DNA of 64,000 nt from Candidatus Aminicenantales bacterium (GTDB lineage Bacteria > Acidobacteriota > Aminicenantia > Aminicenantales > Saccharicenantaceae). This document shows positions 29,057 to 38,480 of this stretch, one piece after another; positions within the stretch are counted from its first letter, which is position 1, and every line of letters starts with the position of its first letter. Where the stretch lies: positions 2,733 to 66,732 of the forward strand of contig JBEKBS010000006.1 of assembly GCA_050015275.1 (NCBI GenBank). The letters are read 5' to 3'. Made by a program: the position numbers and the translations under genes. Under the pieces are notes generated by a model. That model ran no database searches. It saw only the letters and a list, made by a program, of their open reading frames with translations, and was not told the DNA's origin.

Positions 29057-29183
29057 GTCCGTCCTCCTCGGTCGTCTCGCGCCAGGCAAAGGGCCGCGGC
29101 GCTCGGGTCCTGAATATATCACACCAGCACATGAAAGTTCAAAAAGCGGGGCCTTCCGGGGACGCGGCAGAACCCTAAAAAAG

Positions 29184-29213
29184 GGGTTGACGGGGGGCGA
29201 AAAAATATTGTAG
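29184..29213 (+). promoter_or_regulatory. candidate sigma70 promoter (TTGACG-N18-TGn-TAGATT) for the GGDEF-PilZ gene
   Basis: Sequence aaaaggggTTGACGgggggcgaaaaaatatTGTAGATTaag. Confidence 0.3.
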
Positions 29214-29346
29214 ATTAAGAAGGGATCAGGAAGAGCGCCAGGCTACGAAAAACGAAGCCGAATCTTATTCGGAATAGAGCTAAGGTTTCAAAGGCAAGAG
29301 AAAAGGTTTGTCGGTCACTCCGCATGGTGACGGCGCGGCGAGGGCG

Positions 29347-31371
29347 ATGAGTCAAAAACGGATCCTTATCCTCCACCCGTCTTCCGCTGACGTCGACTTG
29401 CTGGCCAAGCTGGCCGCTGTCTTCGGGCCGGTCCTGGCCTGGACGGACCGCGAGGGCTTGAGCGGCCGGTTGGACGGGGTTTCGGTCGGAGTCGCCGTCC
29501 TCGGGGCCGGGTTCGCTCATTATTCCTCTTTCCGGGGCCTTCTGCGGCCGACGACCTCGGTCATCCTGACCGGCCCCGACGAAGGGGAGCTGCGACGGGC
29601 GGCCGACGAATGGCCGCCGGCCTTTGCCGTCGATGTCTTCGTCAGGGGCCCCGACTCCCCCCGCGACCGGTCGTTCCTCGTCGCCGTCGAACGCGCCCTC
29701 GGGCAGGCCCGGATGCGGACCGAGGTCGAGGACCTCCGCCGCGCTCTCGCCCAGCACGAGTCCAAGGTCCGCGATGTCTACGCGGAGATCCAGGAGATCA
29801 AGGGCCTGATCAATTCCAACTTCCTCCTGGAGATCGAAAAGCGCATCGCCATCGAGACCAAGTATGTGTGGTTCCAGAAGGAGCGGCAGCGGATCGAGGC
29901 CATCCTCCGGAAGATCTACGCCGCCGACGATGTCAACAGCCTCCTCGACATCCTGCCGGACATCCGGGACATCGTCAAGGCCGCGAGCGCGACCGTCTAC
30001 CTCATCGAGGAGAACGAGGTCCTCGGCCGCTACTTGAAGCCCCTCGTCTGGGACAACGCCTATCTCCCCCACGCCGAGTTCTCGAAGTACATCACCCTCT
30101 GGGACGCCCAGGATTTCGCGGCCGTCGTCGCCCGCTACGGCCAGGGGATCAACGTCTCCGACCTCTCCTTCGACCGGAGGATGACCAAGCGCTACACCGA
30201 ATTCCTCAAGGCGCCGTTGAAAAACCTCCTGGCGGTCCCCATCATGCACAGCCGGAAGGTCATCGGCGTCGTCGAGGTCTACAATAAGACCGTCCAGGGC
30301 AGGACGAACGGCGACGGCTTCAGCCGCGAGGACCAGCAGATCCTGCAGGGGATCTCCGAGCACATGGCCATCGCCATGATGAAGCTCAACCTCATCCAGT
30401 ACGACGCCCTGACGGGGCTCCTCCGCCCGGAGCCCTTTTTCGAGAAGGTCCTCCAGAAGGTCAACGCCCTGGGCAAGCGGCGTCAGGAGGAGGGCGACCT
30501 CGCCCTTGTCATGGGGGACGTCGACTGGTTCAAGAACTACAACGACCGCAACGGGCACGAAGCGGGCAACCGGCTCCTCCGCGACCTGGCCCATGTCCTG
30601 AAGCTCTCCATCCGCGAGGAGGACCTCCTCTGCCGCTACGGGGGCGAGGAGTTCCTCTTCTTCCTGACGGGCGTCAAGAGCCCGGACGAGGCGGCCGTCC
30701 TCACGGAGCGGATCCGAAAGAACGTCGAGGACCACTATTTCGAATTCCAGGAATTCCAGCCGCAGAACAACCTGACCATGTCGTTCGGCGTGACCGTCTT
30801 CCCCAAGAACAAGACGGACCAGCCCCCGCCGCTGACAAAAGCGGACCTGAAGCGACTGGCCATGGAAGCCGACTCGGCCCTGGCGGAAGCGAAGGGGAAA
30901 CATCGTCCGGACCTGAAGGCGCGGGAAGGACATGAGGCGGCCCTGACGAAGAACCGCGTCTCGACCTACCCCGGGGAGAAGGACGGTGAGTACGGGAAGG
31001 CGCAAGTCCGGCAGGCCGAGGAGCCGCTCCTCCGGGAGCGCCGGAAGCACGAGCGACACAACGTCTCAACCCTGCTGATGATCGAGGAGAACGGCGAATT
31101 CAAGGTGGCCAAGACCGTGAACATCAGCGTCGGAGGGGCCCGGGTGATCTCGGACACGAAGCTGCCCGTAGCCCTTACCATGGACACCATCCTCGTCTTG
31201 GGCGACAAGGCCAGCCTCGTCAAGAGCGACGTCATTTACTCGGAGAGGCCGGAGAACGAAACGTCCTTCTTTTATTCGGGCCTGAAATTCCGGGACCTGA
31301 CGGACAAGGACATCAAGGGGCTTGAAGAATACCTCCTCCATTTCCGGAGGAAGACGGTTCCCTTTTCCTGA
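29347..31371 (+). CDS. diguanylate cyclase: N-terminal receiver-like region, GAF domain, GGDEF domain with I-site, and a C-terminal PilZ domain
   Basis: GGDEF core RYGGEEF is preceded by the I-site REED (REEDLLCRYGGEEF). The C-terminal PilZ motifs are RRKHER (RxxxR) and NISVGG (D/NxSxxG). The listed ORF starts at 29308; ATG 29347 (MSQKRILILHP) is preferred. Confidence 0.8.
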   Translation: MSQKRILILHPSSADVDLLAKLAAVFGPVLAWTDREGLSGRLDGVSVGVAVLGAGFAHYSSFRGLLRPTTSVILTGPDEGELRRAADEWPPAFAVDVFVRGPDSPRDRSFLVAVERALGQARMRTEVEDLRRALAQHESKVRDVYAEIQEIKGLINSNFLLEIEKRIAIETKYVWFQKERQRIEAILRKIYAADDVNSLLDILPDIRDIVKAASATVYLIEENEVLGRYLKPLVWDNAYLPHAEFSKYITLWDAQDFAAVVARYGQGINVSDLSFDRRMTKRYTEFLKAPLKNLLAVPIMHSRKVIGVVEVYNKTVQGRTNGDGFSREDQQILQGISEHMAIAMMKLNLIQYDALTGLLRPEPFFEKVLQKVNALGKRRQEEGDLALVMGDVDWFKNYNDRNGHEAGNRLLRDLAHVLKLSIREEDLLCRYGGEEFLFFLTGVKSPDEAAVLTERIRKNVEDHYFEFQEFQPQNNLTMSFGVTVFPKNKTDQPPPLTKADLKRLAMEADSALAEAKGKHRPDLKAREGHEAALTKNRVSTYPGEKDGEYGKAQVRQAEEPLLRERRKHERHNVSTLLMIEENGEFKVAKTVNISVGGARVISDTKLPVALTMDTILVLGDKASLVKSDVIYSERPENETSFFYSGLKFRDLTDKDIKGLEEYLLHFRRKTVPFS

Positions 31372-31379
31372 CCCCGCCC

Positions 31380-32663
31380 TCAGCGGGACCCGAGCTCTTT
31401 CTTGAGAGCCCTCAGATAGGCGATCCGCGGGGTGATCCGGGCAAGCCAGGCGCTCTTCATTTCCGTCGCGACGGCCAGGAACGATGCGAATTCCTCGGGG
31501 TTGCTCCAGTTCTCCATGCTCAGCCGCTCGAGGAGGCTCCGGAGGGCGTGGGCGTTGAGGGCCTCCTCGGCGAACGCGGGCAAGCTCCAGATCCTCTTCT
31601 CGGTCATCTTGATAACCCTCAGGAAAAGCGCCCGCAGTCCTTCCTGCCAGTTGATGAGCTCCTGCTTGATGAAAAACTGCTCTTTCGGGGATTCGGTCTG
31701 GCCGAGCTTCTCGGACAGCCGTCGGGCCTCGTCCACGGTCTTTTCGATCGCGGAAAAAAGGCTCTCGCCGTCGACAAGGATCTTGTTGTCTTTCTGGAAA
31801 TAGTGGATCTCCCCGTTGCCGTTGGCAGGCTCCGATCTCCGGCAGGACTCGAGGGCCTCGTGAACGGCTTCCTCGGGCTCCTCTTCGGCCGGAACGGGCC
31901 CGGCCTCGGCCTGAGGTTCCGCTCCGGCTTTGGCCGCGCCGGCCGCGGGCGCCTCCGGGACCACCGGGGCGGTCGTTGTGATCTCCGCCGGCGGGGATGT
32001 CCCCGCGACGAGGTCCTGGATCTCGGGGATCCGGAAACCGGCCGGCGCCTCCAGGATGTCGAGGGCTTCGAAGCTCTCGGTTCCGCCGCCCTTGGGAGCC
32101 GACCCGCCGAGCCCCGCGGCCACAGACTCTATGGCCAGGAGCTCCTTGATCTTCCTCAGCTTCTCGAGCTCCAGGTCCAAGTCGATGCGGACCGGCTTCT
32201 CGTCCTCGTCCAGGGCGTCCGTGACGATCCCGAAGCGCTCCCGCAGGTCGGTTTTCAGGAACCCGGCCCGCTCGGCGGTCTTTTCCCGGAGCTCCTCGAC
32301 CCTTTGCTGGATCTCGGTGACCTTCTTGATCTCATCGACCGTGGCCTTCGCCAGTCCTTCGATCTGGGCCTGCAGCTGGACGACCCTGTCGAAGTGCTGG
32401 CGGGCTTCCTGGAGCAGTCCGTCCCGCTCCTCCTCGGCCGCGCGAATGACGGTCCGGTATTCGCCAAGGGCCTCCCTTTCTTTGACGAACTCGCGTTCGA
32501 CCTCCTCCTTCCGTCTCCGGGCCGCTTCTTTCTCCTGATCGATGCGGGCGGCGAGCTCGTGCTCGATGTCCTGGATCTTTCTCTGGAGGAGGTTATCCAG
32601 CTGGCCTTCGATCTCCTGGATGACCTGGGTGGGTTCTTTAAGGATGTCGCGCTGCTGCCCCAT
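31380..32663 (-). CDS. hypothetical coiled-coil protein with a Pro/Ala-rich linker and an uncharacterised C-terminal domain
   Basis: Residues 1-170 are heptad-rich (LDNLLQRKIQDIEHELAARIDQEKEAARRRKEEVEREFVKEREAL...). A PA-rich linker follows (APVVPEAPAAGAAKAGAEPQAEAGPVPAEEEPEE), then a C-terminal domain of about 150 aa with no recognised motif. Confidence 0.55.
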   Translation of the reverse strand: MGQQRDILKEPTQVIQEIEGQLDNLLQRKIQDIEHELAARIDQEKEAARRRKEEVEREFVKEREALGEYRTVIRAAEEERDGLLQEARQHFDRVVQLQAQIEGLAKATVDEIKKVTEIQQRVEELREKTAERAGFLKTDLRERFGIVTDALDEDEKPVRIDLDLELEKLRKIKELLAIESVAAGLGGSAPKGGGTESFEALDILEAPAGFRIPEIQDLVAGTSPPAEITTTAPVVPEAPAAGAAKAGAEPQAEAGPVPAEEEPEEAVHEALESCRRSEPANGNGEIHYFQKDNKILVDGESLFSAIEKTVDEARRLSEKLGQTESPKEQFFIKQELINWQEGLRALFLRVIKMTEKRIWSLPAFAEEALNAHALRSLLERLSMENWSNPEEFASFLAVATEMKSAWLARITPRIAYLRALKKELGSR

Positions 32664-32803
32664 GATATCTCCTTAGCCTCGGTCATTATCATCTTAGTAA
32701 CCGCCGGATGACGTGTCAAGGCAGAAAAACGCGGCTCTCGGGAAAAACGCCGGATGACCGCCGGGGGTGATACCGGGTTCCGCCCGGCCCCTCGCGCTCC
32801 CGC

Positions 32804-32832
32804 TTGAAACGGACGGGAAAAAAGGATATAAA
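32804..32832 (+). promoter_or_regulatory. sigma70-like promoter (TTGAAA-N17-TATAAA) ending about 12 nt before the HD-GYP ATG; near-leaderless transcript
   Basis: Sequence cgcTTGAAAcggacgggaaaaaaggaTATAAAaaggccgttccATG. Confidence 0.4.
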
Positions 32833-32843
32833 AAGGCCGTTCC

Positions 32844-33941
32844 ATGAATGACATGACCATCCTCCTCGTCGAGGAGAGCGGGAAGAGGCGCCAGGCCCTC
32901 GCCTCGTTCCTGGAAAAACGGGGAATCAGGGTGGAGGCCGCGGAGGAGCTTCCTCACATCGCCGGGCCGGCCGCGCCGCCGGAGAGTCCCGCGATGCTTC
33001 TTGTTTCCATCCCGGACGCCAGAGGTCCCGTCATGGCAGACCTCAGAAAGCTGAAGCGGGCCCGGCCCTCTCTTCCCGTCATCGCCCTGGTCCTGCCGGA
33101 CGCGGCCGAGGCGGTCCTTCCTTTCCTCGACGAAGGCGTCATCGACCAGGTCGTCCATCCGGCCGGTCCGGCCGGGATCTATTCGGCGGTCAGGGTCGAG
33201 GAGCTCAGGGCCGCGCTCCTCCGGACGAACGCGGCGTGCCGGGAGAGCGTCCGCCGGATGAAGAAGGAGCATCTGAGCGATGTCCGGAGGGCCCTGGAGC
33301 TCGAGGAGATCTACGAGACGACCCTGGAAAATTTCATGACGGCCCTCGACTTGAGGGACGTCGAGACCTACGGCCATTCCAAGACCGTCGCCCGCTATAG
33401 CCACGTCCTGGCCCAGGCCCTGGGTATCCGGGACCCCAAGGTCCTGGACAACATCCGAAGGGGCGCCCTCCTCCACGACGCGGGGAAAATCGCCATCCCG
33501 GATTCCATCCTTAAAAAACCCGGCCCGCTCTCGGCCGCAGAATGGGAAAAGATCAAGCGCCATCCGGCCCTGGGCTACGGGCTCATCAAGGACGTCAAGT
33601 TGGTCAAGGAAGTCGGGAACATCATCCTCTGCCATCATGAAAAGTACGATGGGACCGGGTATCCTTCGGGCCTGAAAGAGACGCGGATCCCCCTCGAAGC
33701 CAGGATCTTCGCCGTGGCCGATACCCTGGACGCCATCACCTCGCACCGGCCCTACCGGAGCCGGAAGGATTTCGTGGCCGCCCGCTACGAGATCATCCGC
33801 AACTCCGGCACCCAGTTCGACCCTCGTATCGTCGACGCCTTCTGCGCCATGGACGCCGCGGTCTGGGAGAAGATCCGCTTCGAAACGACGCGGCTCATCC
33901 CGCCCGTGGGGGATGACAGTCTGCCGGCCGCGCGGAAATAA
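32844..33941 (+). CDS. HD-GYP phosphodiesterase with a degenerate N-terminal receiver domain
   Basis: HD-GYP motifs HSKTVARYSHVLA, HDAGKIAIP and HHEKYDGTGYP. In the receiver-like N-terminus the acidic pair reads EE (LLVEESG). The phospho-acceptor position reads L/S in LLVSIPDARG instead of Asp. Confidence 0.8.
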   Translation: MNDMTILLVEESGKRRQALASFLEKRGIRVEAAEELPHIAGPAAPPESPAMLLVSIPDARGPVMADLRKLKRARPSLPVIALVLPDAAEAVLPFLDEGVIDQVVHPAGPAGIYSAVRVEELRAALLRTNAACRESVRRMKKEHLSDVRRALELEEIYETTLENFMTALDLRDVETYGHSKTVARYSHVLAQALGIRDPKVLDNIRRGALLHDAGKIAIPDSILKKPGPLSAAEWEKIKRHPALGYGLIKDVKLVKEVGNIILCHHEKYDGTGYPSGLKETRIPLEARIFAVADTLDAITSHRPYRSRKDFVAARYEIIRNSGTQFDPRIVDAFCAMDAAVWEKIRFETTRLIPPVGDDSLPAARK

Positions 33942-33970
33942 GAGGGGAGGAAAAGAGGGTCCCGCGTCCG

Positions 33971-34816
33971 TCAAGCCCGGCGGGCCGTAATGACGCGGGG
34001 CATCCCGGCCAGGTCCCAGGCGGTTTCGATCTCGGTCCACCGCCGCCCGAAGAGGGCGAGCACGTCGTCCCGCTGTCCGTCCCCGATCTCGAAGATCAGG
34101 TAGCCGCCGGGCTTGAGAAAGGCCCGGGCCCGGCGAACCAGCCGTTGGATGAGCTCCAAGCCCGACTCGCCCGCGAGAAGCGCCCTCCGCGGCTCGAACT
34201 CGCGGATCTCAGGGGGGAGCCTGTCCCAGTCGCGTTTCGAAACGTAGGGAGGGTTGGAGACGATGAAGTCGAAGCGTATCCCCGTCTTCCGGAAGGCCGA
34301 GAACAGGTTGCTCCGGACGAAGTCGATCTGTCGGGCTCTCTGGAGAGACGCGTTCCGGCGGGCGACATTGAGGGCCCGGGCGGAGATGTCCGCGGCGAAG
34401 ATCCGGGCCCGGGGAAGCTCCTTGGCCAGGGCGATGGCGATATTGCCGCTGCCCGTCCCCAGGTCGAGGATGGTCTCCCTCTCCCGCGAGGAAAGCTCGA
34501 GGACTTTTTCGACCAGGACCTCGGTCTCTGGCCGGGGGATGAGCACGGATGGGGAGACCTCAAGAGGAATGGACCAAAATTCCTTGGTCCCGGTCAGGTA
34601 GGAAAGCGGCACACCCTCCCTGCGCTTCTCGACGAGCCGGAGAAAGAAGGCTTCCGTCCTCGGCGCGAGAGGAGCCCCCCTCGCGGAGAAAAATTCTCCT
34701 TCAGAGACGAGGGTCGCGCGGAGGAGGAGGACCTTGGCCTCGAGGACCGATTGAGGGCTGTCCTGGAGCAGGCTGGCTCCGTAGCGGAAAAGCTCCTGGA
34801 GTGTTCTAGGGCTCAA
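33971..34816 (-). CDS. prmC: release factor glutamine methyltransferase
   Basis: LDLGTGSGNIAIALA SAM motif and the NPPY catalytic motif (FIVSNPPYVS). It overlaps the prfA 3' end by 11 nt. Confidence 0.85.
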   Translation of the reverse strand: MSPRTLQELFRYGASLLQDSPQSVLEAKVLLLRATLVSEGEFFSARGAPLAPRTEAFFLRLVEKRREGVPLSYLTGTKEFWSIPLEVSPSVLIPRPETEVLVEKVLELSSRERETILDLGTGSGNIAIALAKELPRARIFAADISARALNVARRNASLQRARQIDFVRSNLFSAFRKTGIRFDFIVSNPPYVSKRDWDRLPPEIREFEPRRALLAGESGLELIQRLVRRARAFLKPGGYLIFEIGDGQRDDVLALFGRRWTEIETAWDLAGMPRVITARRA

Positions 34817-35909
34817 CGTCCCTTGCCCGGCCGGCGTTCGAGACCGGCTCTCCGAGCGCCTGCGCCTGAGATTGATAGATGAGGCTTTCGACGAGAGAAT
34901 CCAGATCCCCGTCGAGGAGCCCTTCGAGGTTGTGGAAGCTCTGGCTCAGCCTGTGGTCCGTCACCCGGGACTGCGGGAAATTGTAGGTCCGGATCTTCTC
35001 GCTCCTCTCTCCCGTCCCGACCTGGGAGCGCCTGTTCTGGGCGATCTCGGCCTTTTGTTCCCGCTGGGCGATGTCCAGGAGCCTTGACCTGAGGACACGG
35101 AGGGCTTTCTCCTTGTTCCGGTGCTGGGATTTCTCGTCCTGGCAGGAGACCACCAGGCCGGAAGGCTTGTGGGTGACCCGGATGGCGGTGTAATTCCGGT
35201 TAACGTTCTGCCCGCCCGGGCCGGAGGAGCCGAAGGCATCGATCTTGAGGTCCTTCGGGTCGAGCTTGACGTCGATCTCATCGGCTTCGGGCAGGACGGC
35301 GACGGTGGCCGTGGAGGTGTGGATGCGGCCGGAAGCTTCCGTCTTGGGAACACGCTGGACCCTGTGGACGCCGCTCTCGTATTTTAGCCGGGACCAGACA
35401 CCCTTGCCCCGGACTCCGGCCACGGCCTCCTTGATTCCCCCGATCGGAGAGAGGCTCGTGTCCAGGACCTCGAATTTCCAGCCCTTGTGCTCGGCAAAGC
35501 GCGAGTACATCCGGAGGAGGTCCTGGGCGAAGAGCGAGGCCTCGTCGCCGCCGGCCCCGGCCCGGATCTCCAGGATGACGTTTTTCTCGTCGTAAGGGTC
35601 TTTCGGGAGAAGCATGGCCCGGAGCTCGGATTCGAGGGCCTTCTCCCGCTTCCCGAGGACGTCGATCTCGCCCTCGGCCATTTTCCGGAGCTCCGGGTCG
35701 ACCTCGGGGTCGGTCAGGAGGTGCCGGGCCTCCTCGATCCCCTGCCGGACCTTCTTGTACTCGTCGAACTTGCGGACCACGGGCTCGAGCTCCGCCCGTT
35801 CCCTGGAGAGGTCGCGGAGCTTTTGGGGGTTGCCCGATGAGGCGGAGTCAGATAGAGCTTGAACGACCTGGCGGTACTTTTCCTCGACGGCCCGGAGTTC
35901 CTGGATCAT
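34806..35909 (-). CDS. prfA: peptide chain release factor 1
   Basis: Start trimmed to [12 protein letters not shown]. The GGQ motif ([21 protein letters not shown]) and the PxT-type recognition region ([20 protein letters not shown]) are present. The ATG overlaps the rpmE stop (ATGA). Confidence 0.9.
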   Translation of the reverse strand: MIQELRAVEEKYRQVVQALSDSASSGNPQKLRDLSRERAELEPVVRKFDEYKKVRQGIEEARHLLTDPEVDPELRKMAEGEIDVLGKREKALESELRAMLLPKDPYDEKNVILEIRAGAGGDEASLFAQDLLRMYSRFAEHKGWKFEVLDTSLSPIGGIKEAVAGVRGKGVWSRLKYESGVHRVQRVPKTEASGRIHTSTATVAVLPEADEIDVKLDPKDLKIDAFGSSGPGGQNVNRNYTAIRVTHKPSGLVVSCQDEKSQHRNKEKALRVLRSRLLDIAQREQKAEIAQNRRSQVGTGERSEKIRTYNFPQSRVTDHRLSQSFHNLEGLLDGDLDSLVESLIYQSQAQALGEPVSNAGRARDVEP

Positions 35910-36121
35910 TTGGCGGGTTTTTTGATCTCGCCATATTTTTTCCTGAACTTCTCGACCCGGCCGGCGCTGTCGATGAACTTCTGCTTGCCCGTGAAGAAGG
36001 GATGGCACTGGGAGCAGATCTCGACCCGGATCTCCTTCTTCGTGGACCGGGTCTTGAACGTGTTGCCGCAAGCGCAGATCACGGTGCTTTCCAGGTATTC
36101 CGGATGGACGTCTTTCTTCAT
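35906..36121 (-). CDS. rpmE: 50S ribosomal protein L31
   Basis: [48 protein letters not shown]; the Zn-ribbon CxxC...CxxC form of L31. Confidence 0.9.
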   Translation of the reverse strand: MKKDVHPEYLESTVICACGNTFKTRSTKKEIRVEICSQCHPFFTGKQKFIDSAGRVEKFRKKYGEIKKPAK

Positions 36122-36157
36122 GGATCGGTCTCCTTGGTCGGTTTATTATAGCAAATT

Positions 36158-37030
36158 TCAGGCGCCGCCGCAAAACGAGGGGATGTCCCGGGACCTCTTC
36201 TCGAAAGCGGCCCAGTCGACGGAGAAGGAAAGGCTTTTTTGGCAGGCCTTCACGGCCTCCCGGTAGCTCCGGGAGTCGAAGTATTCTTTGAGGGGCCGGG
36301 TCAGGGGATAGGCCTGCTCCTCGGCGGCCCACTCGTAGGTCGAGCCGTCCTCCCTCTTCAGGCAGTTCAGGTGGACGATCCAGGCCAGCTGTTTGAGGGG
36401 CGCGTGAATGAAAAGCCGGCGGATGGCCAGAACCTCCCCCTCCTTGCCCGGATTCCAGAAATGGAAATAGCGGGAAAAGAGCAGGGCGTTATGGAAATAC
36501 GCCGGAAAAGCCAGGAGGCAATCCTTACGGGTGAGCCGGCCCAGATAGACGAAGAGGTCCAGGATCTTTTTGGCCATGCTCAGCCCGGGGCGGGTCTGCC
36601 CGGGGAGCGGGGTGAACGATTCGGAGAACTTGTGAAGAGGGTTCTGGAGGGTCAGCCATTCGAAGGCCAGCGATTTCTGGGGCGGGAGCGGCGGCGGAAA
36701 CCCGGGGATGGCCTTGGGGACGAAGTCCATCTCCTTGAACTTGAAGTCGACGATCAGGTTTTCGGGCTTCTTCTCCCGCAGGAAGATCTGCAGACGCTGG
36801 ACGGGGTATTCCGACGAATTGAGCTCGAACTCCAGGGGCCAGAGGAACCTCTTCCGGGCGTCCTTGAGGAAGCTCCTCTTGGCCAGGACCGCGATGACTT
36901 CGTTCAGGGAGTAGCGGCCGAGAAGGAGCGAGCTTCCTTTTCGCTCGGCCAGCTCGGCGAAGATCTCACCCTCCTCGACGAGCGGGGCTTCCTGCCAGAG
37001 TGGAGCGGCCTTGGATCCCGATCTTTTCAT
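36158..37030 (-). CDS. hypothetical protein (290 aa) located between rsmD and rpmE
   Basis: Intact ORF with coding-like composition and no recognisable motif. Wedged into a housekeeping array on the same strand with short gaps on both sides. Confidence 0.5.
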   Translation of the reverse strand: MKRSGSKAAPLWQEAPLVEEGEIFAELAERKGSSLLLGRYSLNEVIAVLAKRSFLKDARKRFLWPLEFELNSSEYPVQRLQIFLREKKPENLIVDFKFKEMDFVPKAIPGFPPPLPPQKSLAFEWLTLQNPLHKFSESFTPLPGQTRPGLSMAKKILDLFVYLGRLTRKDCLLAFPAYFHNALLFSRYFHFWNPGKEGEVLAIRRLFIHAPLKQLAWIVHLNCLKREDGSTYEWAAEEQAYPLTRPLKEYFDSRSYREAVKACQKSLSFSVDWAAFEKRSRDIPSFCGGA

Positions 37031-37112
37031 GATTCAGGCCTCAGAACCTTTCCCTGCCTGTCATCATTTTAAGGGATTGAGCGGCCCCTGGCAAGCCGCG
37101 CCCGCGTCGCGT

Positions 37113-37757
37113 TCAATCCTTTCTCCGGGACATCCCCTCTGCGTCCGTTGATCCATCTGCCAACGATTCGCGAGCGCCTGCCCGCGGACCCGGCTTCGGT
37201 TTGTTGGTTTCCGGATGGGCGAAAAACAACAGGACATCATCGCCCAGGGCCACGCGCCGCACGAGAGGGAAATCCCCGATCTTGGGCTTGATCCTGTAAT
37301 AGTGGCGGAGGACGATGACTCCCCCCGGCTTGAGCAGGGCCCTCTTCCTGATCACCCGGAGGGGGTTGCGCTCCTCGAGCATCCGGTAGGGTGGATCGAG
37401 GAAGATGACATCGAACTTGACCCCTTTTTTGGCCAGGTCGATGACGGCCCGGTTGAACTCCCGGTGGAGGACGACGGACTTGTCATCGGCCCCGCACTTC
37501 TCGACGTTCGCCTTGATGACCTTCACGGCCGGATAGAAATCGTCGACGAAAACGACCGTCGCGGCGCCGCGGCTGAGCGCCTCAAGCCCGACGGATCCGG
37601 TGCCCGAGAAACCGTCGAGGCACGTGCTCCCCTTGAGCCTGTCCTGGACGATGTTGAACAGCGCGCCTTTGACCTTGTCCTGCATGGGACGGACGGATGG
37701 GCTCGAAACGAGCTTGAGCCGGCGGCCCTTGTAAATGCCGCTGATGATCCGGATCAT
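37113..37757 (-). CDS. rsmD: 16S rRNA (guanine966-N2)-methyltransferase RsmD-like
   Basis: Start trimmed to MIRIISGIYKGRRLKL. Motifs CLDGFSGTGSVGLEALSRGA, VFLDPPY and a DPPY-type N6/N2-MTase signature. It has a C-terminal extension of about 30 aa. Confidence 0.8.
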   Translation of the reverse strand: MIRIISGIYKGRRLKLVSSPSVRPMQDKVKGALFNIVQDRLKGSTCLDGFSGTGSVGLEALSRGAATVVFVDDFYPAVKVIKANVEKCGADDKSVVLHREFNRAVIDLAKKGVKFDVIFLDPPYRMLEERNPLRVIRKRALLKPGGVIVLRHYYRIKPKIGDFPLVRRVALGDDVLLFFAHPETNKPKPGPRAGARESLADGSTDAEGMSRRKD

Positions 37758-37785
37758 GAGATATCCTTCCGCTGCTTGAGATCCC

Positions 37786-38364
37786 CTATTGATAATAGCA
37801 GATGAGACGGCCCGGGCGCGACTGGAGGCGCCGAATGCCGTAAGGAAGCGGATACCAGTCTTTGAGGCTCGTGGCCGGCTGCCCCTGCAGACCCGCCACG
37901 ATGGAGATGACGGTGTCGATGAAAGCCGGCGAGAGGCGTTGGGTTCCGAGGAACAGGCTGTCCATGGTGATCCTGATCTTCCCGTCCTTCGTTTCGCCCC
38001 GGGCCGAAAAGAACAAGTCTGCCCGCGACGGCAGGAGCACGGAGGCCGGCGAACCGCCGAGGTCGATGGCGATCTTCCCTTCGGCCCGGTTGTCGTCAAA
38101 GAGGCGCAGTTCGATGGACCTGACGAACGTTCCCATCTCGGTCGCGACCCGGTAGGCGATCCAGGCGTTGAGGTCGCTCTCGGTGACCGTATAGTTTTGG
38201 GGAGAGCGGGGCTTCGTCCGGGCCGCCTCCTCCTCGCGCTTCTCCAAGGCGGCGATGACCTTCAGGGCCCGGTCGCGGGTCTCCGTAGGGACTTCCGCAC
38301 CGAAGGCGGGAACGGACAGGGAGACAAGGATCAAAGCGGACGCCGCGCGTTTTTTCGTGAACAT
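37786..38364 (-). CDS. secreted hypothetical protein
   Basis: Signal peptide MFTKKRAASALILVSLSVPAFGAEV and no recognised domain. Confidence 0.5.
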   Translation of the reverse strand: MFTKKRAASALILVSLSVPAFGAEVPTETRDRALKVIAALEKREEEAARTKPRSPQNYTVTESDLNAWIAYRVATEMGTFVRSIELRLFDDNRAEGKIAIDLGGSPASVLLPSRADLFFSARGETKDGKIRITMDSLFLGTQRLSPAFIDTVISIVAGLQGQPATSLKDWYPLPYGIRRLQSRPGRLICYYQ

Positions 38365-38480
38365 AAGACTCCGTCCTACAGAACATGCTACCAGATTCCC
38401 CCCGCGAGAGAAACAGGCCGGCCTAAACCGGATCCCCTCATTTAGGCGGCGATCGGCCTCGACCGTTTGTCCAACAAATC

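Noticed and set aside
29215..31059. 614-aa minus-strand ORF
   Set aside because: Antisense to the GGDEF-PilZ gene.
38365..38480. Hairpin CCTAAA-N13-TTTAGG in the intergenic region
   Set aside because: No T-run follows on either strand and the stem is AT-rich and weak. It is probably not a terminator.
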